Part shown: positions 46,484 to 60,620 of the stretch, piece after piece
Layout: each line of letters starts with the position of its first letter
How positions within the stretch are numbered: the stretch's first letter is position 1
Notes under the pieces: model-generated
Databases searched by the model: none
What the model was told of the DNA's origin: nothing
Seen by the model: only the letters and a program-made list of their open reading frames with translations
Made by a program: the position numbers and the translations under genes
Source of the DNA: the human T2T-CHM13v2.0 reference genome, Homo sapiens
DNA length: 64,000 bases
Strand: one strand, 5' to 3'
Assembly: GCF_009914755.1 (NCBI RefSeq)
Contig: NC_060930.1

Positions 46484-47242
46484 TTGACTTTTCTAAAATC
46501 CTAGACAATATCAGCACTTTATTTCTTAGTTAACCAGGACATAATAACCTTTTTAAATTGAAATATGGAAAAATAGATTGTAAGTCTATAGGATTTAAAT
46601 CTGGAAAGAGATTAAATATAATCTATCATTATAAAGAGAGAAAAGTAGCCTGGTTAAGGGCACTCAGAAAGTTTGCAGCAGGGTCAAAAGAAAGTATTTT
46701 ATCTACACTGTTTTCTGTTGCAAGCTACTAAACACTTTATATTTCAAATGTATATCTTCACTTTGGAATAATAACAGAAATATCCAGGCAAAGCTTCTCA
46801 AGGCAATAACCAATCTCTTTCTTATGTGAGCTGAGTCCCAAAGGGTAAACTTTTAGATTTGGAGAAATATATTCATATACTTCAGATTTTTCAATTTATT
46901 TTGATTAATATTATAATATTAACTTCCCCTTTTAATTACATGATTTTATAATTATGTTACTTTAAGTTATTTTTATTATAAAACCCAACCTGTTTCATTT
47001 ATAGTCATAGGTATTCTGTATTAGTAGTATCTATGGGCTTCTGGTATCTTTGGGATCTAAGGCAATCCATGGGAAAATATGAGTCACATTGAAATATTCA
47101 CTTTATAGTCAACTCTTCAGGAAGGTGAAAGAGGCAAAGGAAGGAATATCTATAAATAAAAACAAACCTACAGCATTAATGATTTAAAAAACAAATCCAT
47201 ATAAATGGAGGATTCAATGTCAGCTCAACTAAATTCAAATAT

Positions 47243-47597
47243 TATAGTCCATAATTCCTTATCTGAAATCTGTGTAGCCATATATACTTCAAAATTCAGA
47301 AATTTTTGAATTTTAGAAAGATAATACAGTACATCAGCTGCATATAACATATCACATCAGCAGAGTCTGGCATAGTCTTATATAATTAAGACCATTAATA
47401 TTTCTGTAGAGAAAATCACAAATATTCACCCTACATATAGTAAATAAGACTATAAAAAGACATCAGATTAAATGAGGTTTCCTACCAAATTTGTTCAGGT
47501 CAGCTCAAGTTTTGCTATCAAATAAAGAGGGGAGAAAAAAAATAGTGTTCCAAGTTTTTTTGTACTTCAGAATTGTTTCTAAGAGATTACAGACCTA
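47243..47597. mobile_element. Tigger-type (TcMar) non-autonomous DNA element
   Basis: Degenerate terminal inverted repeats agtccataattccttatctgaaat ... aattgtttctaagagattacagacct; subfamily not assigned. Confidence 0.65.
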
Positions 47598-48679
47598 ACG
47601 TATTGCCAATGAAAATAATTTTGTCTTGAGACTCTTCATATAATAAATTTACTAAATAATTCTGTATTTTATCATCTTTAAGTTTTGAAGAGGTTCTTTT
47701 GGTGTCTGTTTTTTGCTTGTTTGCTTGATTTGGAGAATCTCCAAAAAGAGGTTGTTACTATAGTCTCAGTTTTAATAGTGAATTTGCTTGGCAAATCAAA
47801 TTATACTTTATATGTGCGTAGAAGTAACATATGGCTGCCTCTATGGCTGTTTAAAGTAACCTTGCCAAGGAAGGTTATTTTATACCTAAGTAACCTATGG
47901 CTACTTTGATGGCTGTGTAAAGTAACCTTGCCAAGGAAATGATCATTCCAGAACTGATGTGTTGTGTAAGTGGGGATTTTTGGAGATCAGAATTTCTTAA
48001 AGCACTCCCATCTGTACAGTAAAAATCAGCAAAAAGGCAGACCAAAGTTTATGATCTGTAACATAAAGAAAGAAGTAACCATAATTCAGGCATGATTTGC
48101 CGACTCTTTTGTTGTAGTCGTTTTGTTGTATTTTTGTTTGTTTGTTTGGAGAGGAAGGATTCCGCATACCACCCACCCTTTCCCCAGCACCAGCATTCTC
48201 AGATTGTCAGGATGTAACTACTGTAATTATTGTCAGCGCTCATGGGAGCTTTTGACTCTTCCAATATAATTGAATTTTTTAATTCCCTTCCTTTCTCCAG
48301 GGTTGTAATAACATGCACCTTGTTTTATTTGTGTTAGCATTATATTAATAGCTTATTCAATCATTGTAGATATGTGTTATAAATATTTCATATTCTGACA
48401 TTTAAAAACCAATGTGTTTTTCAAATAGAATGACTCAGGGCTTAAATGCCAGAATGAGCTAAAATTATAAATCCAAAGAGTTTCTCATCTTCTAAAGCAA
48501 AGATTACCTAAAATATTTGGAGATTGGCCTTCTGTCACTTAGAAAATCTCAGAAATAATTATTTATATTGTATAAGACTAGATCTTTGAACAATTATTTC
48601 ACATATATAACGCATTTCTAACAATGTTACTACCACTTGAGAAGTTGAATTTTATGTTGTAATTATAGAAAATACAATT

Positions 48680-48830
48680 TAGCATTAGAAGAGAATCTGG
48701 AGCTCAACCCCTCATTGCACAGGTAAGAGAACTGCAAACAAGTGGGGGTAGAGAGCTGTGTTGAGGTCAGTTAATCAGAGACCAAGCTGAGATCACCAAC
48801 TCCAGGACTGGTGTTCTCATCAATGCACCA
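48680..48830 (-). mobile_element. MIR fragment
   Basis: caacccctcattgcacaggtaagagaactg core. Confidence 0.5.
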
Positions 48831-49321
48831 TACTTGGTCTTCTATTGCCTTGAGGATGTTCATCTTATATCCCCATTAGAATCACGGCAACTTGATCTTA
48901 AGAACTATGTATTAATATTATTCTTCCTTTTCATTTCTCCTATAGCACATTTTATGCCACATATTCTTAGTTTTATGTGTGGAGCTATCATTATTTCAAT
49001 AAATGCTTGAAATTATCACTAATCAGTCTTTCACTGGGATTTTAACCTACAACGTCCAAGACTTTGTTGTAATTTTTCCAGTTATTTGCATGTATTTTCA
49101 AAGAATTCCAGCCTTGACATAGACCACCAGTTGCATATCCCTTTGCACAATGATATGAAAATAAGAACTCAATGCATAAGTAGAAGTCCTTATGTCAAGT
49201 GGAAATCATTGATTTTACTCTAACCATGTATCTTTCCAAAGATGAAAAAGTCAGGTAATTAGACAATTTGGAGAAACCCTCTCAATTTGTAGCCTCAGAT
49301 ATGGGTTGAAATTTACTCTAA

Positions 49322-49624
<303 letters not shown>

Positions 49625-50049
49625 TAACTTTAAGTGAAGAATATGGTTTGTTGTTGTCAGATTCATTATCACAACATTGTATTCTGTGGGAGAATCACAA
49701 GAATGATTCATTTAAGCTTTCTAACTCTGTAATATATGAATGAGGACTATCTTTGTTCCTGGTTTGCGATGATCATGGTTTCATCATTAAGAGTTCACTG
49801 TGCCTTGAAATGCCAGAAAGGTGACATATTCTGCATCCTTTTTCATGTTCCATTTCTAAGTTAAGCTTAATATTGTATGCCAGAATATACAAGTGTTTCT
49901 AGGCATTTTCCCCTGCCTATGGACGGAGAAGCAGATCTTCTTTTCTTTGTAGCAGTGATGACAAATCAGGGAGGAAAAAATATCTTCTAGACTGAAACAT
50001 CACTCCCAAAAATATCTCACTATTTTAAGTAAAGAATTCTTTCATTACC

Positions 50050-50330
50050 TTTTAAACCTTTTTATATCGATGTAATTTCAAATATATGGAAATGTTACAA
50101 AATAGGTAGGAAAAGGAATTTCCATATATCCTTTACCCAGATTAACAAATTGTTTATATATTTTTTCCCATTTGTTGTCCTTCATTCTCTCAACCATTTG
50201 TAAGTTGCAGACATCATGTCCCTTTACTCCTAAACTCTTCAGTATGCCTTTCCTAAGAGCAAGGTCTTTCTCTTATGTAACCACAGTAGACTTACCAAAA
50301 TCAGGAAAATTAACATTAATATCATGGATT
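50050..50330 (-). mobile_element. L1MC4/5-like 3' end
   Basis: ccatttgtaagttgcagacatcatgtccc...taaccacagt...aaaatcaggaaattaacatt; flanked by cattaccttttaaa at 50043 and 50341. Confidence 0.75.
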
Positions 50331-50810
50331 AACAAATTGGCATTACCTTTTAAAAAATAGAATACTGATTTTATAGACTTTGTTGAAGTCTGCTAATTTT
50401 AAAATAATGATGGCTTTTAAATGTGATTTCTTTCCCAATTGATTGGGCCTTAATATAAACCCACCACTTTTCTAAATAACATGCTGAACAAGTTATAATT
50501 TAAGGCTGATCTAGGGTCTGGTGCCTGTACAGACTCACACATTACTGTGCACTCTGAGAATGCCTTATCAGGCCCACACCAACCACTACAGCTAATATCT
50601 ATCAACAGATCCCAGAACAGCGGGAAAAGTTGTACAATAACAGGTGGGTCAAACCTTATTAAGTCACTGAAGATCTGTTGGCATAATAACACACTTGATT
50701 TCCCTGCTCACATTTTTTTAAGTAGGTAAAATTAAATAAGAAGAATAGAAATTAACTAAATGTGAAAGATATGAAGAGGGTGATTTATGGCAGGGAATTT
50801 GAGTACCAGC

Positions 50811-51333
50811 TGTGACCAAATATGAACCTGAACAAGCCAATCCTTTAAGACAGATCCTGAGTTGTTATCTGGGCCCAAATTTTAAACTGAGACAAGCAGT
50901 CATTTGCTGACTTAGGTCACACAGGTTCTCTGAGTTCCCCAAAAACCCACACCTCTATTTAACTTTGGGATTTTCAGAGCTCACCTGAACCAACCCAATC
51001 AGTGCTCACCTACCGCAACGATCAGGGCTCAGCTGTATCAATCAATAAGGGCTCAGTAGTATCAACCAATCAGAACTCAGCTATACAGACAAATCAGAAC
51101 CCAGCTATAGAGACCGATCAGAACTACACAAGTTTGCCAAACCTTAATTTGTATAAATATACCTGATTGGGAACCCTGATGGGAATTTTTGATATAAAAC
51201 CCAAACCCTCCCATTGTTCTCTGAAACGCACCTTTGTTTTACACCAAAGGCTTCATCTCCTTGGTTTGCAAACTGTTCACTGAAATAAAGTCTCTTTCCT
51301 CCAAATTCGCTTTTCAGATAACTTTCGTTCACA
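50811..51333 (+). mobile_element. ERV1-class solo LTR (MER31-like) with ~21-bp ccaatcag subrepeats
   Basis: TG...CA ends; TSD cagc/caac; TATA-like gatataaaa; aataaa at ~51284; tandem units 50990-51125. Confidence 0.75.
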
Positions 51334-51345
51334 CAACTAAAAGGG

Positions 51346-51659
<314 letters not shown>

Positions 51660-52129
51660 TAATTTCAATTTAGAAACTTAGAAAGTCTCTCTCAAATTTC
51701 AGCGTTCACTGACTTCAGATTTTGGTTATCTCACTACTGTGTTTTTGAATTTTAAATCATGCAGCTCTCAGGGGGTAATTAGTTTATCAAATACTTTATC
51801 TTTCAGATTATTACTTTAAATATGCCTAGAATTAGGCATGAACATAATCCTAAAAACAACATTTTTATTTATATCCTACCTTATTCTTAAAATAATGCAT
51901 AAATGCTTATATAAATACATAAAACAAGAAAAGATGAATTTAAATAATGTTGAACTCGAAGAAAAGGTGACAGAGTTAAGATATAATCCAAAATGAAATT
52001 AGGGGACACTGTGGAAATCTCCCTCTCCAGTCTCCTGCTTAGCATATAGTGGTATTAAATAATTATTTGTTGATAATATTAATAAAAGCAAAAATTGATG
52101 GAGTGCTTCCCATATACTCAACCCTGATT

Positions 52130-52972
52130 CTTTTCTTTTTGTTCTTTTTTTTTAATACTTTAAGTTCTGGGATACATGTGCAGAACATGCAGGTTTGTTA
52201 CATAGGTATACACGTGCCATGGTGGTTTGCTGCACCCATCAACCCGTCATCTATGTTAGGTATTTCTTCTAATGCTATACCTCCCCACAACAGGCCCCAG
52301 TGTGCAATGTTCCCTTCCCTGTGTCCATGTGTTCTCATTGTTCAACCCCTACTTATGAGTGAGAATATGTGGTATTTGTTTTTCTGCTCTTGTGTTAGTT
52401 TGCTGAGAATTATGGTTTCCAGCTTCATCCATGTCCCTGCAAAGGACATGAATTCATCATTTTTTATGGCTGCATAGTATTCCATGGTGTATATGTGCCA
52501 CATTTTCTTTATCCAGTCTATCATTGATGGGCATTTGGGTTGGTTCCAAGTCTTTGCTATTGTGACCAGTGCTGCATGTGTCTTTATAGTAGAATGATTT
52601 ATAATCCTTTGGATATATACCCAGTAATGGGATTGCTGGGTCAAATGGTGTTTCTGGTTTTAGATCCTTAAGGAATCGCCACACTGTCTTCCACAATGGT
52701 TGTACTAATTTACACTCTCACCAACAGTGTAAAAGCATTCCTATTTCTCCACAACCTCTCCAGCATCTGTTGTTGCCTGATTTTTAATGATTGCCATTCT
52801 AACTGGAGTGAGATGGTATCTCATTGTGGTTTTGATTTGCATTTCTCTAATGACCAGTGATGATGAGCATTTTTTCCATATGTTCGTTGGCCGCATAAAT
52901 GTCTTCTTTTGAAAAGTGTCTGTTCATATACTTCACCCACTTTTTGATGGGTTTTTTTTTTCTTATAAATTG
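52130..52972 (-). mobile_element. 5'-truncated L1PA8/10-like element
   Basis: Poly(T), 3' UTR and ORF2 C-terminus ([19 protein letters not shown]). Confidence 0.93.
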
Positions 52973-53481
52973 TTTCTAAGGGCAAAAAAAGTATTGTTTC
53001 ATTTAATTCTCACATTTATTATTGAGGTAAGTTCTATCATTATCTCCATTGTACAATGCTTACCCTGAGTTTCAGAGGCAAGTTTGTCAATTATGGCAAA
53101 GGTGAGCTACCAGCTCAAACAGTCTAATCCTGGGACTTAAACCATGGCACCATGCACCCTCCAACATTAACTGTCTAGAATCCCTGCTTGTGAAAAACTA
53201 GGTAGAGGACAAATAAGTCCATCTTAGCATCACTTCAGTTCAGTTGAATAAATAAAAGAATAAATGAATGTGATTTGCCACAAATTTTGTCCTAAGTTTT
53301 CTAACATCCAAAACAAAAAGGAGGATAAGTTTAATTTTATGATTCAGAAAAAAGCAAACCAATTTCTTGGGAGAAGAATAAACAATAATTTATCGCTTCC
53401 TTGTGCATACAAGATCAGAAGACAAATGAAAAGCCTAACAGTGGAAACACCAAGTACACACAGAAATATAACTGGTCATGT

Positions 53482-53862
53482 ATTTTTCTTTATTAATGGA
53501 GAATTTCAAACACACATTAAAATAGAACAGCATAATGAACCCCCATATACTCATCACCCGACTCAAACATTACCAGTTCAAGGCAAATCTGGTTTCTTCT
53601 GTACCCACCTCCAGTATATGATTTGAAGCAAATCCAAAATATATCATTTCATTAATTAATATTTCACTATGGATCTCTTAACAATAATTCTACATTTTTC
53701 TTAACGTAACCACAATCCCATGACCACATCTAAAAACAAAATAATAATTCCTTAATATCTGCTCAGTGTTTTCATTTGCAATCATCTCTTGAATTTCATC
53801 ATTTTTAAAACTTGTTTGTTTGTTTGGATCAGCATCCAGATAAGGTCCACACATTGCCATTT
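53482..53862 (-). mobile_element. L1MC5-like 3' end
   Basis: ataatgaacccccatatactcatcaccc...tttgaagcaaatcc...gataaggtccacacattg. Confidence 0.75.
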
Positions 53863-56800
53863 ATAACAACTTCATTTTAACTTATCAAAATGAGTTTATT
53901 TTAATTACAAAATATAATGGAAAGTGTATTAATCCAAGGGTTAAGAAGTCATGTGGCAAAAAGAAGAACTGTGTTCAGGTCCAGTTTCATCTGCTTGACC
54001 TTGAACAAGTCACGTTACCTCTGTAAAATGAAAGGGGTGGCAAGATGATTTTCAGTATTTTTTTCAAAGTCATAGTGACTGCTTAGATCCTTCCACTTTA
54101 CAAGTGAAAGGCTCAAGATCAGAGATTTGAGTGGATCACAGATTTAAATTTATAATAGGATAAGTATGATTCATCAACTCATTCCTAAGTAATATGTCAA
54201 AAATCTAAAGCAACATCCCTCAAATTATTTGGAGCCTGCATTTTGCTTCTCTTCAATGACTAATTTCACCCTTAAGCTTTACAGGCCCAATTCTATACAA
54301 CCCTGATTATCAACAGAAGCAAGTCTAAAGAATTCATTCCTTTGATTATTCGATATACAAATAATGCTTAGCTTCAGTCTCATGATCACTTTCCCTGTAG
54401 TTAATCTATCTAGCTGGTAAAGATGGGATGGAAGGAAAAGGGCAAAAAAAATTTTCGTTGAGCCCCTAAACACTTTTCAAAAGTTGTCTCATTTAATCCC
54501 TAGGTGGGGTAAAGTGAGATAGTAGAACAGGAATCTGAACGCAACATCACTCTTTCAAAACCTGCGCTCTCTTCTTATTTAGAAAAGAAAAATAGTGGTC
54601 TCAACTTCATAGCAATGTTATGAGGATTAAATGAATGTTAAAAAAAAAAAAAACCAACGGCGCCTTGTAAACCATAAAGTGTTATGCCCACATAGAGCAG
54701 AGTACATGCTGTCCGAAAGAATATTTTACGTGTAACTTTTAAGATGTCCAGACTCAACATTAGTATATAAGACATATCTGGTTGCTTCTGTGGACTCCCA
54801 AATAGAGTTCTAAACCACACACTGGGATATTCTTAAATTCCAGTTTTTTCTCCCTTCCACGCATATCTCCTCCAGCAAACAATGGTTCTGAACCACAACT
54901 GTCTTCTCCCTACTTTCCCCAGGACTGCCCAGTGCTATAGAAAAAGAGAAGACATGTCAATTGTTACACACAGCCAGCTGAGCATAGAGCATGAGACATC
55001 CAGGGAGTACTTTTCAGGACATTTGATTGCATTAAAATGATCACCCTCTATTTCCATATAAATTGGATTCCTACACAAACAGAAAGCTAGCAGTCATAAA
55101 CGTTCAGACTCCATCTGGCAAAACCAGCATTATGCATGGACTTCTATACAATAAGGTAAGGGTATTGTCAGATTTGAACCTTCCCCAGAGAAACTGGGAC
55201 ACCAAGCACAATTGGAGGGAAAAGCAGCACACGATAACCTGTAGTGTTCATTTTAAATGGATGACACATGAACTTCAAAGAGCATTTTACAATGCACTGC
55301 ATAGTCAAGGGTGACTGGAATTCAAAGACAAAACAAACATTTCTATTTTCTAGGTAGGGAGTAAAACAATCGCAGCGACACCCCTCCCTTTGTTAAAGTC
55401 AGGATCTGGTATAAAACGTGTAGTGAACATGCAGAGCTCATTATTGTGCTTCCTAGTAAAGTGAACAAAAAGCCTGTTTCTGAAATGATGTTTATTACCA
55501 TATCGTGTATTCGCTTAAGAGGCTCAACAGCTGCCGTCTAACCACTGTCTTAATGGAAAGCAAATTTAGAACTTTGGAAGTTTTTGGTGGTGTTGAGGAT
55601 TGGGGGACCAACTGGGAAAGAGGTGTCCTTTCTTTCTTCTTTTCCTTCTTTCTTTCATTATTTTTTTCTTCTATAATTTTGCAAAGATTTTAATGTAGAT
55701 TTACAGGGTTATTTAACTAAAGCTGTGTAAACCTCAGGCACACCAAGTTTTTTTTTTTTTAAAGACTAGAGTTTATGCATAGATGAGGAATCTCACTTTT
55801 TCCAAATAACTAAATCACTAATTGCTCTGATGTATTATCCTCAAGAGAAACACCAGAAAAAAAGGGTAATTCAATTTATTTTTACAAAACTTTCCAATTT
55901 CCCTGAATTCAATGAACACTTAGTTGAAGACTTACTTTTTGAGATGTCTTGGCAGAGTAGTCTTCCAGATTCTCTACAGGAAGCAAAAACAACCTGCTCA
56001 GAGTAGGCAACAAAGGTTCAGAAACCCAATCCAAAAATAGACACACAAATGCAAAGTCCAATAATGTCACATCATACAACAGAAGAATGGCCAGGTAGCA
56101 GGTGTGGGAGCCAAGTGATACTGGGCCACCTTGGGGAAATAGCACAAACTCTCTGAACAGATGACAGGCAGGTATGGACAGAATAAAGAAGCAGCAGCCT
56201 GGGAGTCCCAAAATTGTTATTTGAGGCCCAGAATTTCAATATACACTCCCAAGGTTAAACTTGCAGTTTTTCAATACTGATTCTATAAACCTGTCAAGTT
56301 AGATGAAAAGACAAACAGAACAAGGAATGTGCAAGCTGAGTGCAATATTACCAAAAGAAGCCTCTCATGGAAAATCAGCAATTTAATGCATAAGAATTCT
56401 TCATATTCCTACAAATGATTGTAGTGGTAACTATCAAAATGACAGTGTGTTTGAGACTAATTGGGTATTATTACATACTTTTGGGAAAACTGATTGAGGC
56501 TCCCACATTATGGAACTTTTGAATTTATCCTATTTCCTGATTGCTCATGATTTGTTCTCATGGTCCGACTAAAGTTCTGGATCATCCCAATTACATTTTG
56601 TAGTTGGGCACATGTGCAGCACAGCAGTGAACACTGCAGACCTCAAAGGAAAGTCATCCACACGAGATCCATGAAGTGTGCTTCCAGTGTCAAATGCAAT
56701 TCCTTTTTCAATGGAGACTGGGGTTTTAGAGGTAGTCACTCAAGGCTTTCACTAGCGATTGCCTGAGTGATGATTTCAGTTCTGCTCATCAAGGGCAGAC

Positions 56801-57899
56801 GTGCTTCTAGCCACTCACTCCTGGCACAACCTGACACCCATCCTAATCCGCTCAGCCATATGGATAAGGGTATCAAGTTTATGCTTGTTCATGACCACCT
56901 CCCAAAATAGGAGGTCACTGAGAGGGAAAGACGATGTTTGTGAGAAACATCCTCCATTACTCTACACCATGATTAATAATTTCTTAATTGTCTTTTGACA
57001 TTTTCAGACTTAAGGTAAAGATAGATAACAGGCTACAAGGTTTAGACTTCTCTATTTCCTGTATAATTGTTCATCTGCTTTAAGAATATGCAGTATTTCA
57101 CTGGGGTTTTTGTTAAGTAGAAGTCTCACTTGTATTGAATGCAGAATTGTCCATTTTTCTACTATTATTATTTAATCATCCTGAAATTCAGAGAAGTTTT
57201 AGTCCCTTTCATTTCTCTGCCCCCACTGAGGCGTCATTTAATTCACATGTGAAAGTTTTTAGATCACTGCTATTATAGTTAAACAGGTTTTTTCTAAAAA
57301 GCAGTTAAAAACAGTTTATCTTCCACTGGGGAATATGCAGTAAAGATTGGAGCTTGAGTCTAAGTGGGATTCATATATATTTGGGTCTGTGTGGCCAAGT
57401 GGTAGGGAAGGACTCTGAAGCCATCTGTCTGTGGCCTGAGGCACCTCCTGGGAGGTCTCACAACCTCAGAGTGTAGCCAAGAGCGTTGGTTGAAGGGGAG
57501 GGATAGTGCTGACATTTGTGTTACTGCAGTTTGCCTACCAGCCCAGTATCCACCCTTTTCAACCACGAAAGCAAGAGGATTATGAGTAGAGAAGGGAGGC
57601 TTCTTTCTTTGAAAACTCTGCAAAATGTTGGACCACAGAAAGGGTTCTTTTAAGATTCCTGTAGCCAACTATAGGACAGCACTCTCCCACATCACCATAC
57701 GTCACTGCATAGCTGGGCACCTCAGGAATTCATAACAATGCCAGGCAGAACAGGCATGGTGCCTGGAAGAGTGGGGGTGGAGGTTATGCTAAGCACATGC
57801 ACAAAACCCACAGGGACTCATAGGAGCATCTGAGAAGAGAGGGGCATACATCACCAAGTAAAGGAAAGAGCCAGCAAAATCTGAGCTTTGATGATATTA

Positions 57900-58345
<446 letters not shown>

Positions 58346-58542
58346 AAAGAAAAAATATGCTACTTATTTTCCACTGATTTTGAAGCTTAGAATTCAGGAT
58401 TAGGATTCAACACAATCGTAAAAAATTAGTGGTGGGCCCACTACACTTACCTGGAATTCAGTGCTACTGTATGGTAAGTAGGTGGATTGGTAACAGGTTT
58501 TCAAAAAGTTCTACAGAAAAGCCCAGCTAAAGAAATATAAAT

Positions 58543-58581
58543 ATGAATGAATGAATGAATGAATGAATGAATGAATGAATG
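58543..58581. repeat. (GAAT)n tetranucleotide repeat
   Basis: Directly visible. Confidence 0.95.
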
Positions 58582-59489
58582 ATGAAGCAGTCCTATTCTC
58601 CTGATGATCCTATGGTAGGATTTTGGTTCTTAAGGGTTTTTAAAGTTCACCCTATAGTTTATCTGTGGGCTCTTGAGTCCCCTCCTACTTCTTCATGTAT
58701 TGGACAAACCTACACCTTTATGAGTGGTTGCTCCAGACCCTGCTGCCCAGGATATAAGGAAGAAAGTACAGGTTCAGACAGGGAACAAGTCTATCTGAAA
58801 TTCCTGGCAAAAGTACCTGATATTAAGTACATCAGGTATGTGACTGGTGCTGAATTTCAGATATAAATTAAAAATGGTAAAATAAATAAATAGCACCCAA
58901 AAAAGAAATGGCTGGAATTTAGAATTCATTTACTGAAAGAAAGGAGAACAAATCTGGATGAAATAGGCTTCTTCAAGTACTGTATATAAATGATTATCTT
59001 ATGAGAAGACATCAGTTGATTCTTAATTCCAGTTATTTTAGACTGTAAAATAATTTAATTCAGTTTAACACATACTGAGTGTCAATGTAAAAGCCTCATG
59101 TTAGCCAGTGACTGCCTGAGTTAATGTTAGATATTTATGTTGCACACAGAAAGTGTACTTCTGTGCATGCATGTTACTAGTGAATCTGGTTGTGAGGCAA
59201 AAAAAATGATTTTAGAGTATTTTTTTGATGATTTTAACAGTAAACATCCACCTGTCTATAGAACAGATCTATGTGGAAATAGCGGAATCTACCATTTCAC
59301 CTCTCAATGAATCTGTTTCTTATTTACTTCTTTTTATAAAAAATTTCCTATTTGGGCCTCTCTGAATAAATTATAATCTAAGAATTTAGATTTGCCTAAC
59401 GTATATGGTATACTACAGTCACTTCCACCCCTTCATCAAGGAAAGGAAGGGTGACACTGGAATGAAGAAGCTCTCTTGCTACAGACAAT

Positions 59490-59665
59490 AACAGCAGCAG
59501 CCCTGGACTTGGTGGCAAAGGGTCTGAATTAGCATCCTGGCCCTGCAGCTTAGCAGCCAGGTGACTGCAGGCAAATTATATATCTCTCCAAGTCACATTT
59601 TATTCACATGTAAAATACTAATATGGATAATTTTCAACATATTATACTATTCTGAAGATTAAAGA
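59490..59665 (+). mobile_element. MIR
   Basis: gggtctgaattagcatcctggcc...attcacatgtaaaat...gaagattaaa. Confidence 0.6.
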
Positions 59666-59713
59666 TTAGCTCCTAGAATGTAAGTTTCCAGCATCTAGAT
59701 CCACATCTGACAC

Positions 59714-59949
59714 ATTTTATATATATAGTGTGTGTATATATATATATATACACATATATATGTGTGTGTGTATATATATACATATATATATACATATATA
59801 TATGTATATATATATTTTTTTTTTTTAGCTAGAGACAGGGCTATGTTGCCCAGGCTAGTCTCAAACTCCTGATTCCTGGGCTCAAGAAATTCTCCTGCCT
59901 CAGCCTCCCAAAGTACTGGGATTATAGTCATAAACCACCATGCCCGGCC
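59714..59949 (-). mobile_element. FLAM (Alu left monomer) with (TA)n/(TG)n-expanded tail
   Basis: Monomer 59815-59949; ctgacac direct repeat at 59707-59713 and 59950-59956 brackets both the microsatellite and the monomer. Confidence 0.85.
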
Positions 59950-60189
59950 CTGACACGCAATATATTCTTAGGAAATATTCATTGTTGAATAAATACATGA
60001 TCTAATTAAGACACATTTTTAATTTTATAATCGCTAGCAAAAAAATGGAAACTGACATAACCTCCTTGGTTTCACTGCACATCTGTGGGATATTTTTCTC
60101 GAGGATCTTGTAAGAGTGTCCAGTAGGTGAGCTTCATACTGTAGCTATAATCATATGAATGATTTTCATAATCATTCTTGTTATTCCTC

Positions 60190-60420
60190 TCACAGAGAGC
60201 ATTTGTTGAGATGTTTCTATGTGCCAGGCACTGTGCTAAATTCTCCACATGCATAGCTCCTATAATCCTGACAATAACCCTAGAAAGTAACCAGAATGAT
60301 GTCCCTCATCTTACAGATGGGGAGGCAGAAGCTAAGAGTCTAAGTAATGATTGCAGTCTCCCAACTATGTAGCATTGGAGATCAGAATGAGATGCAGGTG
60401 TCTGAGTCCAGAGTCCACGC
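60190..60420 (-). mobile_element. MIR
   Basis: ctatgtgccaggcactgtgctaaa...catcttacagatggggaggcagaagct. Confidence 0.8.
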
Positions 60421-60429
60421 TCATGGGAA

Positions 60430-60620
60430 AGAGCAAGACTTTGGAGCACGGGGTCCTGGGTTTGAGGACCAGCTCTGACCTATACATGTGTGAAAATACT
60501 GACATCAATTTCACTGTTCCCAGAAATCAATTGCTCCCACCCTAAATAATCATATCTCAGAGAAATAAATCCTGCCTCACACAGTTATCATGAGGACCAA
60601 AGAAATTATTATAGTTTCCT
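60430..60620 (+). mobile_element. MIR fragment
   Basis: gactttggagc...cctgggtttgaggaccagctctgacc...cctgcctcacacagttatcatgagga. Confidence 0.6.
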
